Assembly: GCA_951804945.1 (NCBI GenBank)
Contig: OX638156.1
Coordinates: forward strand, 49,166,001 to 49,230,000
Direction: 5' to 3'
Source: Podarcis cretensis
Lineage: Eukaryota
DNA length: 64,000 nucleotides
Positions 50,744 through 63,634 of the stretch are shown here, in pieces. The position numbers and the translations under genes are program-made. Every line of letters starts with the position of its first letter. The first letter of the stretch is position 1. Below the pieces are notes generated by a model. That model was given only the letters and a program-made list of their open reading frames with translations. It ran no database searches and was not told the DNA's origin.

Positions 50744-50872
50744 AAGGCATAGGCAAACTCCGGCCCTCCAGATGTTTGGGACTACAATTCCCACCATCCC
50801 TAGCTAACAGGACCAGGGATGGTGGGAATTGTAGTCCCAAACATCTGGAGGGCCGGAGTCCGCCTATGCCTG
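50744..50872. mobile_element. Near-perfect palindromic hAT MITE in the 3' UTR
   Basis: AGGCATAGGCAAACTCCGGCCCTCCAGATGTTTGGGACTACAATTCCCACCATCCCT, then a loop, then the reverse complement. Confidence 0.9.
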
Positions 50873-50952
50873 CATTAGAAAGAAGCTGACAGTTTGGGGC
50901 TTGGAGGTATAACGGTGAATAACACACGTGTGTGCAGTAGACTTGGAACATA

Positions 50953-51301
50953 CAGTGGTGCCTCGCAAGACGAAATTAATTCATTCATTTTTTCATCTTG
51001 CGATTTTTTCGTCTTGCGAAGCACGGACTTTGGAAAAGCTTCAAAAATCACCAAAGTCTTCAAAAACCTTAAAAAAGGCTACCACACCGCGTGCTATGAG
51101 TTGCTCCTCGAAGTGAATGCACGGTTTTAAGAAAAAGGAAACAAACTTGCAAGACAAAGGAAACAAACTTGCAAGACGTTTCCGTCTTGCGAAGCAAGCC
51201 CATAGGGAAATCCGTCTTGCGAAGCAACTCAAAAAACGAAAAACTCTTTCGTTTTGCGAGTTTTTCGTCTTTCGAGGCATTCGTCTTGTGAGGTACCACT
51301 G
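50953..51301. mobile_element. Tigger-like MITE in the RANBP10 3' UTR
   Basis: TA|CAGTGGTGCCTCGCAAGACG...CGTCTTGTGAGGTACCACTG|TA, with repeated CGTCTTGCGA motifs. Confidence 0.88.
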
Positions 51302-54201
51302 TACAGAATGAGCATCACATTCAAGAATGTGACCTGTACCTGTAATGGGAATGATCCTGCACAGTGCTCATCAGTTGTAGACCACCTCTATTTTCATGTG
51401 TTTGTGTGTAAAGTAGTGGTGGTGGAAGTAAACACAGTTTTCATCCCTTGTTCTGCTGGGCTGACTATTACTGAGAGACTACAGAAACACTTTAAAATTA
51501 AAGAGATGGCTGTGGAAGACACAGTTCCAAATTCAGTCTCCCCTGCACTGATAGTGTTACATAACTGGCTATGATGGCTCTCTTGCACAGGTTAGATCAA
51601 AGCAAAATATCATCCTGACTGCATTGAATAAAGGAAAGCATTATCCTTTTTTGCCAGCTGCCATCAATAACTGGTCAACATGATACTCAAATGTGTAGTG
51701 TTGTTTTAACAGTTCTATCCTGTCTTAGAGCTTTTTTAAAGAGTGTTCAGTGCTAGCTTACACATCAATAAGCAAATCCTGTTTAAAACACTGATTTTAA
51801 AGTCCATCCCTAATTGTGTCTTGGTGTGAAAACTGACATCTTCATAGCTCCAATCTCATTTTCTGCACCAGCAACTTATCAATTGGCTGCTATTGCTGTA
51901 TGTAGCTCTTAGGATTTAATTTTTAAATTTTACCTATTTTGGATGAGTCTTTAACCAGCGATTCCCTGCCTCCATAACATTACTTTTTACAGAGTTGCTT
52001 TGAATATTTTCTGAGAAACAAGTTACCCACACTTATGGTGGGTAATATGCTTTTGATCTAAAGCAATCTGATGAAAGCTTGAAATCCTATAGACATTGGA
52101 GGTACTCTGTGTCACACTTGAGGAAGACTTTCAGTACCAGCCAGCTCAGCTCAAGAGTTTCCTTGTGGTACAACTGCTGTTTAGACCCAGAAACTCCTGG
52201 AGTGTGTAGCCCAAACGTGGCTGTTGGTATCAAAGCCTATAGCAATTATTCTTAAATTAACAGTGTAAATGTACTTTAGAGGTTAAAATTAATTCAATCA
52301 AAAACACTATGGAACTTGTGAAACAAAATCTTCCCAGATGTGTTCATATTCATATTGATGAAATAGTATTCTCTTTTCACAGCAGCTAACTATGAATACT
52401 CCACTTTGGATACAAAATACTCATTTTTTTAGTAGGTGGTCATCAGAGCCATTATGATCAAGAGCAACAAGAAATAACATGCATAGGGCATATCTGTCTA
52501 GGCTATGGGGTGAAATGGCAGAATTTACAACAACCTCCCCTTCTAGGGCATTTGCCATATAGATGGAATAGAGATTGAAAGTCTCTAGTTGTGGTGTCTA
52601 GAATCCAACAGCGTCACTGCTGGTTGCTCTTCAGTCTGGCAGTAAAATAGTCTCTCTAGTCTACAGCTGTTTTAAACCATTCTTTGAAATACTATGCTGA
52701 TGCATCACTTGATAAAAAAAACCACACTCTCTTGTCTATATAGTCTCCCCATACTATAGAAGCTCTTAACACTACAAATGAAAATTTCCACATATAAGGA
52801 GTGTTATATCTGATCTCATATTAGGAGCAGGAGATATAAGACAAGTGGAGATAGGGTTCTATAAAAGGAGGGTCACAGATTAGCCACCCCTGTCCTAGAA
52901 TGTAAATGCAGTACACTCATTACTTCTTCACTCTGACCCCAAACAGTTCCTTTTGCGCAAAAGAAGAGTGATTTTGCTTTTAGATTAACATCTTATTTTT
53001 GGACAACCTATCTGCCTTGCAGGGTGAGATTACCAGACCATAGACCTGAGCTAGAGCTTTGGTTCTGTAGGCCTTTTGTAACATGGCAGGTGGCACTAGA
53101 GGTTCAATAAGGTACATGTTTCTGATGCTTCCCTAGATCCATCATTTTAACCACAGGCGGGGTAGCATGCCTCCCAGCAGCACCCAAACATCCATCCTTT
53201 CATCAAGCCCAAGCTGCTCTTACTCATCTTCCATATATACTTTGTAACTTACTTGAGGAATTCTTTGTTCTAAATTAGTGGCAGGTTTCAAGCACCGGGT
53301 TCACCAGTTGGTGATCTGTTGGCCAAAACTGGTCTCCTGGATGCTAGTTGCCAAACCTGTTCTTTAAATAAGGGGGGAAATGAAGCAAAAGGGGTGGTGT
53401 GGAAATTGTTGTTGACATGCCACTGGGCATTAGAGCCATGTGCACCACACTTCCCTTCAGGCAAAATTAGTTGCTGACTAGGACTCTCCTACAACCAAGT
53501 AGCTTTTGTATGGTGGGGCTGCATTGCTTGGGGAAGTAATCTGAAGCATATTGAAAAGAAAAGATTGGCATTTACTACAAAGAAACATTATTTAAGGTTT
53601 AAAACTATGGGTTGGTGGTTTTTTGCATTTTTAATTTTGGGGTGTCTGTGTTCTCATCTTAAATTGGCTGACAGCAACGTGAGGTGGGTGGCAGAGTGTG
53701 ACTGGATTGCATCTTGGATGTCAAGCTAGGACAAAAACAAAACAAAACCCTACTCAGTGAAGTGCTTATTTTAATTCAATTATCTCCCACCCTACCCCTG
53801 CCTTTTCCAGTTGTTCAAAACTCAGGTACCAGCTCTAGCATGGAATGTCAGGACACTTTTTTGTTAACTTTTTTATAGCATCATCAACTGTACAAAACAA
53901 AAAAACCCCAATCACCAAATAAAACAGGCTGAGCAGAACCTCAGCTCCACCAGGCTTCCATCATCACTTGGAGTTCTTTCTCTTCATTGAGGACATTGAC
54001 TCAGTGGACATCCTACCAAGCTGTGCACATTGGTTCAGTCTCTGCTTAGTATTTGTGAGTTCAGTTATCCAACGCGAGCATGAAACCCTTCCGAGGGGAG
54101 GAAATTTTAACTGAAGAAAAAGAATATTGGGGGGAGGGGTGTACTGGAAATATGGTTTAAAAAAACCCCACATTCTGTTGTATTTTGACAGAATTATTTT
54201 T

Positions 54202-54207
54202 ATTAAA
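54202..54207 (+). terminator. Candidate polyadenylation signal ATTAAA
   Basis: ttattttt-ATTAAA-atatacatcc followed by a TG-rich tract. Confidence 0.55.
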
Positions 54208-55639
54208 ATATACATCCATGTGCACCTGCCAGTGTCCTGTGTCACTCTCCTATGCTCCATGCTGGTACTGTTTGTGTATGTTGTCTGCTTGGGGAAGGAC
54301 CATAGCTCAGTGAAAGGGCACATGCTTTCTATGTACAGGTAGAAGGTCCCAGATGCAGTCTCCAGGTACCATTGCAAAGCACTCCTATTGGAAATTCTGG
54401 AGAGTCACAGCTGGTCAGCATAGACAGTACTGATCTAGATGGTGAATCAGTTGTCTGACATGATACGATACAGCTTCCTTTATGTGTGTTTGCGCGTGTG
54501 CACACATTTGCATTTGTGCCCATACTCCGTGCGCCACAACATTAGTTTGTACATTGTTGTGCAGGATTGTAAATATTAAAAAGCACACTTCATTGTGTGC
54601 TTCCCCACACCTTAAATATTAACAGTAGGCCACTGTGATCTTGTATATACATCATTATGAAATTGGGTGAAGACAAGCTTTAGGTAGGCAATACCTACAA
54701 TGAATAACATTTCATAGATTAGAGCAGGGGTTGCTCACAAGCGCATGTTCATCCACAGAGGCTTTCCCTTATGCCCACAGGGTCCTCTTCCCCCTGCTGA
54801 AATTAGGCTTGAAAGAAGCATTGGGTTGTAGTTAATAACCTAGGTTGTGGTAAGTGCTTGTTTGCAGTGTGTGTGTGGTGCCCAATACACAGCTTCTCTA
54901 TTTTCAAATGTGCCCACAAACCCAAAATGTTTGGCGATCCCTGGATTGGAAATGTAGGCTTTATCCAGGTAAGCTCATGCCGTGAAGGATTCCCGTTAGA
55001 CAAAGGAAGATTAGAACTTGCACACATTGACTATCAAGAGTCTTAAGTGACTTCTATTGCCAAATCAGGTGAATCTTAAATGTTTACCATAATTTTTTAA
55101 TGCAAAGAGCGAAGTTGACATTCACTGGTAAATCTCAAAGCCTTCTCCATACCTTCAATAAATATCTATAGTCCTATTTTCATTTACTGTTGAAGAACAC
55201 TCTGTGACATATTTGACTATGTCACACAAAACTCCCATTGCTCTCAAGCGTCTGAGAACAAGCAGCAAAGAAGAATTTGTTCCATGGTGTCCTGAGTTTT
55301 CACTAGAATTTGCTGAAATTAAGAAGTCCCACCCATTTTAATAAGCAGGTTGTTAGTTTGGCAAAGGATGGCAAATGTGCTGTGTAAGAATTAAGGTCCA
55401 CATCTTCTTACTATTTAATTAAAATGTAAGAGATCACACTGCTGTTTGCCTGGCTGCTGACAGCGCTCCAAATTACATTTATTAAAGAAAACTACTCTTC
55501 ATCTATATAGCCTTCATTGCTCAAAGGTCACAATGAAGTGGGGGGGGGGGGGACATAAAATAAACTTTTGAAAAGCATGAAGGTAGAACGTATCTGTACA
55601 ATACTAACAACTTAATATGCTGATTATGTTATATATTAA

Positions 55640-56008
55640 GGGACACAGGTGGCGCTGTGGGTAAAAGCCTCAGCGCCTAGGACTTGCCGATCGAAAGGTC
55701 GGCGGTTCGAATCCCTGCGGCGGGGTGCGCTCCCGCTGCTCTGTCCCAGCGCCTGCCAACCTAGCAGTTCGAAAGCACCTCCGGGTGCAAGTAGATAAAT
55801 AGGGACCGCTTACCAGCGGGAAGGTAAACGGCGTTTCCGTGTGCGGCTCTGGCTCTGGCTCTGGCCAGAGCAGCGATGTCACGCTGGCCACGTGACCCGG
55901 AAGTGTCTCCGGACAGCGCTGGCCCCTGGCCTCTTAAGTGAGATGGGCGCACAACCCCAGAGTCTGTCAAGACTGGCCCGTACGGGCAGGGGTACCTTTA
56001 CCTTTACC
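55640..56008 (+). mobile_element. Sauria SINE (full length, young)
   Basis: gggacacaggtggcgctgtggg...(ACCTTT)n tail. TSD TATGTTATATATT at 55625-55637 and 56009-56021. Highly similar to the copy at 43166-43518. Confidence 0.93.
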
Positions 56009-56132
56009 TATGTTATATATTGTTACCTGCTCATGTCTAGAAGAAGTGAGACGTTCCAGAGGCAATAGAGCCGAACTGTTTCCTGTGGATGAAAACACAT
56101 GAGGGACTTGAAATGCTGGCTTTAGGCATAAA

Positions 56133-56250
56133 CGGTGCTTTTTTCTGGGGGGATGCAGAGGTATGCATACCCCTAAACATTTTGTGAATCTTTCAATGTG
56201 GGTAGGAAAATGAGAGTACCCCTAAACATTTTTTAAGAAAAAAAGCACTG
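56133..56250. mobile_element. Small MITE
   Basis: TIR CGGTGCTTTTTT / AAAAAAGCACTG and an internal repeat of tacccctaaacatttt. Confidence 0.6.
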
Positions 56251-56415
56251 TATATAAATATATGAACAAAGCTGACTCCTGCAAGGTAATAGGTAACAAC
56301 CTGAGCAGCCCCCAAGGCTGCATCTCTCAGTTCTAGTCAATTTTTGTGTAAAACATATCAGCTATATCTGTAACACCTCCTTACAGGTGCAGCATTCTAC
56401 TGTGGTAAGTATATA

Positions 56416-56641
56416 CAGTGGTACCTTGGGTTAAGAACTTAATTCGTTCCGGAGGTCCGTTCTTAACCTGAAACTGTTCTTAACCTGAAGCACCACTTTA
56501 GCTAATGGGGCCTCCAGCTGCTGCTGTGCCGCCGGAGCACAATTTCTGTTCTCATTCTGAAGCAAAGTTCTTAACCCGAGGTACTATTTCTGGGTTAGCG
56601 GAGTCTGTAACCTGAAGCGTATGTAACCCGAGGTACCACTG
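56416..56641. mobile_element. Tigger-like MITE
   Basis: TA|CAGTGGTACCTTGGGTTA...TAACCCGAGGTACCACTG. Confidence 0.85.
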
Positions 56642-58548
56642 AACAGTCTTTCAATTCAAACTGGGTACATTACACCAGTACATCAAGTAATATGGTTTTA
56701 CCCTGAGGCAGTTTAATTTCATAGCATATGCCAGTATTGCAGAAAATGGAACAACCCCTCCCACAGCATTTGGCTCAATGTGGTTAATCTACATTTAAAT
56801 TTAAACATAAAATTATTATCTTCATTTTGAAACCACACACCCCACGTTCATCAATATACAAACAATATATTGTTTTATTGGTAACATCAGAGGTAAAATG
56901 ACTTATTACTCATACTTAATCTAAGCACAACCCAAGGGCTCCTGATTAGGCATCTAGCTATGCAATGTTATCTGTTAATTCCGCTCTATCCTGTTTTTCG
57001 CTTTGTTTTTATTTACACCAACTCACGAACCATAAACTTTCAAATTGACCACTAATAATGAACCACAGGTCGCAGATATTACTGCAAATTTATTGTGCTT
57101 TCTGTGATATACAGATGACATGAGGAGACCTGGTCTATTTATTTGTAGCATTTACTATTCCTTATTATTAAGGAAAAATAAAAATATATACTGTAGTTCA
57201 CCTGGAAGTGCCCACACGCTCTCAACAGACTTCTTACTTCAGGAGTAGTTGTTCTCCCTCTCCTGCTGGGGTGTGGTAGCTGCCACCCTAACTAGTAGAG
57301 CAACTAGGAGCATCTCCCTTACCTGTTTTCTAAATTTTCTAACATCATCATCATCATTTTTTTATTTATACCACGCTCTCCCCAGCCAAGACCAGGCTCA
57401 GGGCGGCTAACACCGAATATAAATACAGTAAAAACATTAACAACAACAAACCAAACAAACAGTTGATTAAAATATAAGTTAGAATGCAGCTTAAAATGCA
57501 GCTTAAAATGCAGCCTTGTTTTAGTGGTAGCCTTGAAATCACCTGCCAGACCAGTTTAAATGACCTTTATTAGTAGTCTTCACTTACCTTATTCCAATCT
57601 TGTGGACTTTAAAAAAACACCAAACCCTTATTAACACTATGAACAACCCATAAGTGCAGTAACAGGTTGTTGCATCATACCATATATAAAGCAAACGAAC
57701 AATAAATAGTAAGAGAAAGAAGTGATGACACATCAATATAAATCAAGACCTCCATATTTCATGAGCTAGTGTGGATGGTGAATGTTGAGCATCTAAATCC
57801 AAAGCATAGGAAATAAAATCCGACCAGATCCCATAAAATCCTCCTGGATCCTCCAACCCACTGGAAACACTGAATTTATGTGCAATTTCCCCCCACAATG
57901 ACTTCCGCAAGTTCTTACGCCACACAGCCAAATGCAGATCTTTCAAGGTTTTCCTTTTCTAGGCTATTGAAACCCTAGCTGCAGCTAACATGCATGTCAA
58001 AAGCTTTTTACAGTGAAAAGCTTTCATCTTCTAAGTGTTTGTAAAGGAAGCTAAGGAGTAGGTACAAAAGCATATCAGTGAATGTGGCCTGAACATAACT
58101 TTCCCCCTCATCTTCCTCTGAGCTGTGACCACCCTCAAACTCATTGTAAATCTGAATTGTCTTCTTCTCTGGAAGTGTCAGGCTGGGGAGGCGATCTCCA
58201 CCATTTCTCCTTTGCCCAGTCCCTGACATTCGGTTAGTTTTTATATGCTGGTTAATATAGTCCCTAGTGACACGGTATGCTTTTTTATCATTTTTTCACA
58301 TTCTTTCACTAATGAACTTGGGGTACATAGTTATTTGCTTCACCCTGTTTTTTAAATCTTCATAACAATCTTTCATAGCATTTTTTCCATTGCTAATGTT
58401 ATTAAAACGCAGAAGTGGCCAATGAGCTAGTCAGCAAATGAGGTGTTGCGTACAACATAAGCTTATCTGAAGATCAAAGGAGGTGCTTAGTTCCCATAAA
58501 AGCATCTCATGTGACGAACCGATGCTCTTTGAGGCAAGTGTTACAAGC

Positions 58549-58728
58549 ATGGAAGCCAAAGGCTGCAGCACTAAGGGGATGGTGACAGATTTCCCTGTTC
58601 AGAGTGTTCTGGTGACAGGATCCAATTCGGGAATTGGCCTGGGTCTGGTGAAGCAGTTTCTGAGGCTGCCAACTCCACCTCAGTGGGTCTTTGCTACTAC
58701 CCTAGACATGGATGGACCAAAAAGCAAG
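58549..58728 (+). CDS. C-factor/CsgA-like short-chain dehydrogenase/reductase, exon 1
   Basis: MEAKGCSTKGMVTDFPVQSVLVTGSNSGIGLGLVKQFLRLPTPPQWVFATTLDMDGPKSK |gtgagg, containing TGxxxGxG. Start is uncertain (in-frame ATGs at 58522, 58549, 58579). Confidence 0.88.
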
Positions 58729-59259
58729 GTGAGGACCAGGAATGTAGCATAAGAGAGTAGTGATGTTACTATGTTGTAAGAATGTAATGTCAGCTTTCTG
58801 TGCTGGATGGGGTTGATGGGAGTTGTAGTCCGAAACATCTGGAGGGCGCCCGGTTGGAGAGAATGCTGTTGCACTCATGACCTGCTTGCAGGCTTCCCAT
58901 TGCCATCTGGTTGTGAGATCAAGAGGCAGGACTGAGTGGGCCTTTGGTCTGAAAGTCCTTATCTTTGGTTTTTTTCTTTAAAAAGCAAGGTTTTGATTTA
59001 AGCTTAACTATAGATGCTAAACTAATTGTTTTCAGTTTTTGTAATTGCCAGTGCTCCCCAACTGCACCATGAGCCCTGTGGGGAAGAGAGATAAGGCCAA
59101 CCCAAATGTGCCCCTTTGTTTGCCCTCCCTTCCAGTTACCCTTTCTCTGCCAGAAATAGATCAGTATCTATTTCTACCAGGCTGCCAAACACTCCCTTGT
59201 GCCTCCTCAATAACATTTCTTAGTAGTGTAGGCTGGGTGTAATCATAGAGACCTTAAGG

Positions 59260-60064
59260 TATGGTTACCAGACGTCCCCGTTTCCTGGGGACAGTCCCCA
59301 GATTTACAAATCTGTCCCCGCACAAAATGTGTCCCCAGAATGTCCCTGGATTTCATTTAATGTCCCTGGATTTATATTTTAAATGTTGTAGATTTATTAG
59401 TAGGGAATGAATGTTGCGTGAATGGTTCAACGGCACAAGACACATCATATGGGACTACCGGCGAGGCAAAATGGTGGGCGCCACAGCAGCGAGCAGCTCC
59501 TGAAGCCAACCAGAGCCTACTGCGCTACCAGGCTGGCTCCGGGCTGCTGAGACTGCCGCTGCTGCTGCCACCTCCACTGCCAAGAGGAAACGAGGGATGC
59601 CCGGCGTGTCAGCTGGGGAAACCAATGACACCCCCCCCCCCCCGGTGACCCAAATCAAGCCGGGAGCGAGAGCACCTGGCCAACTGCCCATCGGCGCTCC
59701 GGGGCCAGGAAAACCCCGGAGACAATGCAGGGAGAAGGAGGAGAGGAGAAGGAGAAGGAAGAAAAAGAGGAAGGAGAAAAAAGAGGGGAGCCCTGACCTT
59801 GCCGCGCTGCTGCCGCTGCTGAGGAAGACAGGTAGGAGAGCACCGGGAGGGCAAGGACACGTGGCCAAGCCCAGGCCCGGCCCGATCATACTCCACAGTG
59901 CCTAGCGCTCCAAGAGAGCAGCCCGGGGTGCAGAGGAAGGCCACGTGACAGAGGAGACCACAGAAGAGAATATTTTTTAATACCCTTAAAAAAAAAAAAA
60001 CTTTCACCCTCTCTTTAAAAAAAAAAGTTTCCCCAGATTCTTTGAAAAAAATCTGGTAACCTTA
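59260..60064. mobile_element. Non-autonomous hAT transposon (805 bp) in SDR intron 1
   Basis: TIRs TATGGTTACCAGA / TCTGGTAACCTTA, perfect 8-bp TSD CCTTAAGG (59252-59259, 60065-60072), subterminal GTCCCC repeats. Confidence 0.92.
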
Positions 60065-60769
60065 CCTTAAGGACTTGTGAGCCAGGATTAAAGTTTTAAT
60101 AAAATGATTAAAAAGTCATTCTTAGGAAAAAGGTTCTATCTTATGAATGGTTACATTCAAACAAAGCCATCCCCAAAGGAGCTAATAGAGAAATTAAAAT
60201 AAGACCAATGCATCCTAATATCCTTTAAATAAAACAGTGTCCTAACAGCTGAAGTCTTACACTGGAATTTATGTTGATCCTCCACAGTTTCCCTTCAGTA
60301 CATTCCCCTGTGGGCAACTTTCTGGGGGCCGTGGGGGTGGGGTCAGAAGCAAAAGTGGGCCAGGCAACAGATATGGCTGCTGCCCTTGTATAATAGGCTA
60401 CATTCCACGGATGCAAAAGTCTACATGCACCTCTCTCCATCCTCCATCAGAACAAGTAAAAGGTACCGTTACAGTACAAGGGCATATTTTAGCCAGGCAA
60501 AAGCATTGAGGAGGGAGGAGGAGAATGAGGACTTTCAGACTCCTTACCACTTTTCCTTACACCAGGTTTTCTGCCCATCTCTGATAGTGTGCTCACCCTA
60601 TTAATATTGGAGAGGAGGATGTTATCCTGGCAAGGGTTTGCTCTGAGTGAGATTCCTAAGTGTCTGTTACTCTGCTAAGCATTTTCAGGAATCAGCTCTA
60701 AGGCTCTGGGTCTCTCTTGATGCCTAGTTCCAGTTTAAACAAGGAGGTAAAACATTTCTTTTTTGACAG

Positions 60770-60821
60770 GAAATAAAGGAGTTGGCATGCCAGCATCAGA
60801 ATCTGGTGGTGCTGCAGCTGG
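60770..60821 (+). CDS. C-factor-like SDR exon 2
   Basis: ttttgacag| EIKELACQHQNLVVLQL(D) |gtaagt. Confidence 0.9.
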
Positions 60822-61937
60822 GTAAGTCTCACGTTCCAAGTGTGGGATGAATAGACATTCCCAGCACCAGTGGAAACCAGTACAGTCCACAAAGCAGTAA
60901 CTGGAAAACAAGATGATTTGCTCCCCTGTTACAGAATATCAGTGATAAGTACTTTTGATTCTTCCCACAACTTCAGTGAAGCTTTGAAATGAGATGCACC
61001 TAAATGTAGTCTCTGTCCATATCGTCACATAATAGATGTGTCGGGAAGGTTTGGCCCACCATATGTTGTGGAACTACAACTCCCATTATCCTTGGCCATT
61101 GACCATGTTTTCTGGGACTGATGAGAGTTGTAGTTCAGCAACAATTAGAGAGCCATAAAGGAACTTTCCAAAATGGCTTACAAAGACATGGGCTAACGCT
61201 GTCTCTTATGGGTACTCCATACCTTTCGGTGTCTGTGAATTCATATAGAAGCAATATGACACAGAAAGGCAAGGCTTCCAGAACAGGTACCACAACCCGT
61301 TGTATGTTACCATAGTCCACAGAATAAAGCTCAGGCACCTCCCCACTAAGGTTATGAACCGGCTGGGTGGAGGTGTTGATTAGCAAGCATGCAAAGCAGC
61401 CTAAGCAGGTTTCTTCTATACGTACCTTTGGCTGAATGTCTGCTTGCTACTGTATATGCAAGGCCTGAACTGAGAGAGACAAAATATCCCTACAGCTTTC
61501 TCCCTAAATTACACACAGTAAAGTGTTGCCAAACTTTTCTCTCTGAATTCCACCTACATTAGTTAAGTACTTTGACCTTACAATTGCCTTGCCTTGAGCT
61601 CATTTTCTGACGGAGTGATATGAATGTGGTGCAAACATTTTTAAAAGCCAGGCCTTCACTGTGCTCCCTCTAAAAACACACACACCTCCATGATTCAGAG
61701 AAGAACTTGTTCTTCCTCCTCAAGTGGACTGTGGTAGCTTCTACGCTAACAAAAAGAGCTGACAGGCCAAGGTGACAAATAAGTGGACCAAAAAGCACCT
61801 CTCATCCTTGAATGGACTTAATCTGTAAGATCCCCCCAAGCCACCTGCCTTGGTAGTTTTAAAAGGGCCTTTTTATTTGTCCCTTGGGCATCCCCACACC
61901 ACCCAGTTCTTAAGGGCCTAGAAATGTCATTCTGCAG

Positions 61938-62125
61938 ATGTCACTGACCTCCAGAGCATCAAGGCAGCTGTGGAGCAAGTGCAAAGGTGTGTTGGAGAAT
62001 GTGGATTGAACCTCCTGATGAACAATGCTGGTGTTATTTCTGGAAACGACCTGGAGAAAGAAAATGCAAAGGACATGGCAGATGTATATGCCGTCAATAC
62101 TATTGGGCCACTTCAGGTGAGCCAG
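61938..62125 (+). CDS. C-factor-like SDR exon 3
   Basis: ctgcag| VTDLQSIKAAVEQVQRCVGECGLNLLMNNAGVISGNDLEKENAKDMADVYAVNTIGPLQVSQ |gtaagt, containing NNAG. Confidence 0.92.
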
Positions 62126-62965
62126 GTAAGTTTTTGCTTTTCATGGTGCCGCAAATCCCTTCACTCACTATCCATTGCCCTGCTAATAACTGTGATGTTC
62201 TGGCCCTTTGGGAGAATTAAACAAAAGCAACATATTGGGAAGGTGAAAAGCAGTATTTGTTTGAGCAATTAATTTTCATGAGGATTTTAAGAAAATAATT
62301 GCAAACTGATATGGAAATTCAGAGAATTGAACTTAAGGTAGGAAAATTGATAAACCAACCTTGATAGATCCACCAGTTGCTGAACATCAGTCTGGCATAA
62401 AAATAGTAATGCTTTCTGCCTTTCCTTCCCCAGAAGTTTAATGGGGCTGCTCTCATGAACAGGCAGACAATTTTTTTTAATAGAATGGATCAATATGGCT
62501 ACTTTCTGGAAAACAGATGAAATTATTGCCTTTCCTATCTTAGTGTGCTATGCACACACATAGTAAAAGAGAGAGTATGCAAAAGCCTAGAATACATTGT
62601 CAAACAGTTGTTGGAGAAGGAGAACTTTAAAATGCCAAGAATCGAACTAGAAGGAAGAAACATGGGTGAGACCTTAGAATAGAGCAGCTTCAGGACCTGT
62701 TTGGGGCTGCATAAAATGAGGCCAGGGCACAGGTTGCCCAGCTGTGTTTTCAAACCATTCTAAATGTATACTAAGTCTTATGGGATCCTTGTGCAAAAGC
62801 TTATAAAAAGTATTTTTGGATCAGAAATCCTAATTCTGCTACAAGCATCGTTTATATATAGCTTCAACTTTATACAGTGCATGCAGTGCTTTCCTCTGGT
62901 ATCACTGCCCTAGGATAACTGCATTCATTAACCTAACAACAGCCATGACCTCTATTCTCTTTTAG

Positions 62966-63124
62966 GCATTTCTGCCCCTGCTGAAGATGGCAGCTCAGAG
63001 ATATCCCCAGGAAGGGCTGAGCTGCTGCAAGGCAGCCATTATCAATACCTCCAGTGCTGCAGGCTCCATGGAAGTTATGCTGCTATGGGAAGTAAAGATG
63101 AATATTGCCTATCGCTGCAGTAAG
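62966..63124 (+). CDS. C-factor-like SDR exon 4 (catalytic)
   Basis: tttag| AFLPLLKMAAQRYPQEGLSCCKAAIINTSSAAGSMEVMLLWEVKMNIAYRCSK |gtacct. Catalytic Ser and YxxxK present. Confidence 0.93.
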
Positions 63125-63634
63125 GTACCTTATGTGAAATCCATGTGAAACTGTCTGCAGCCTCCTCTGCCCAGCTGTGACTATCTTTCCAAATGATAGC
63201 TGTCTGTGTGAATCTGGGCAATAATCATGCATTGCCCACGGATAAATGTTGAGAGACAAACTTCTGGTCTGAGGATGTTGCATTTTCTAAAACAGTGGGT
63301 GGCATTAAGGGAAGATACCAGGATGTTTTCTACAAATAAATAGCATGTGTAGTCTTTCTCTTCTTGCAGAACCTAGAACAAACATCTAAAGCTAGAAATC
63401 AGTTAGCAAAATGATGCAGCCAACAAGCATGGAGAACACTCACAAATGCCTGTCAAAAATCTTGTTCAAGAGTGGTGTCCATGATAGATAACTTCCAAGT
63501 TGCTAGTTTTTGTGTCAGGAATGCTCAGTGATGTCCAGTTTCTCTTACAAACCTCTCTTGCAGTAATCCATATTAAGCAGCTCCCCACAGTTCAATGCAC
63601 CCTCTGCTCATGGTTTGTTTTTTCTCCCTTGTAG

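Larger units (their letters stand above)
48918..54225 (+). other. RANBP10: Probable long 3' UTR of RANBP10
   Basis: Follows the stop codon. Candidate ATTAAA at 54202-54207 has a U-rich upstream context and GU-rich downstream context. The 3' end is inferred, and earlier poly(A) sites are possible. Confidence 0.6.

Noticed and set aside
50953-51301. Regularly recurring CGTCTTGCGA motifs resembling a CRISPR-like array
   Set aside because: Eukaryotic context. They are internal repeats of a TA-flanked MITE with irregular spacing.
59418-60007. Several overlapping ORFs of 60-144 aa
   Set aside because: All lie in the GC-rich, stop-poor interior of the hAT element. No transposase motifs.
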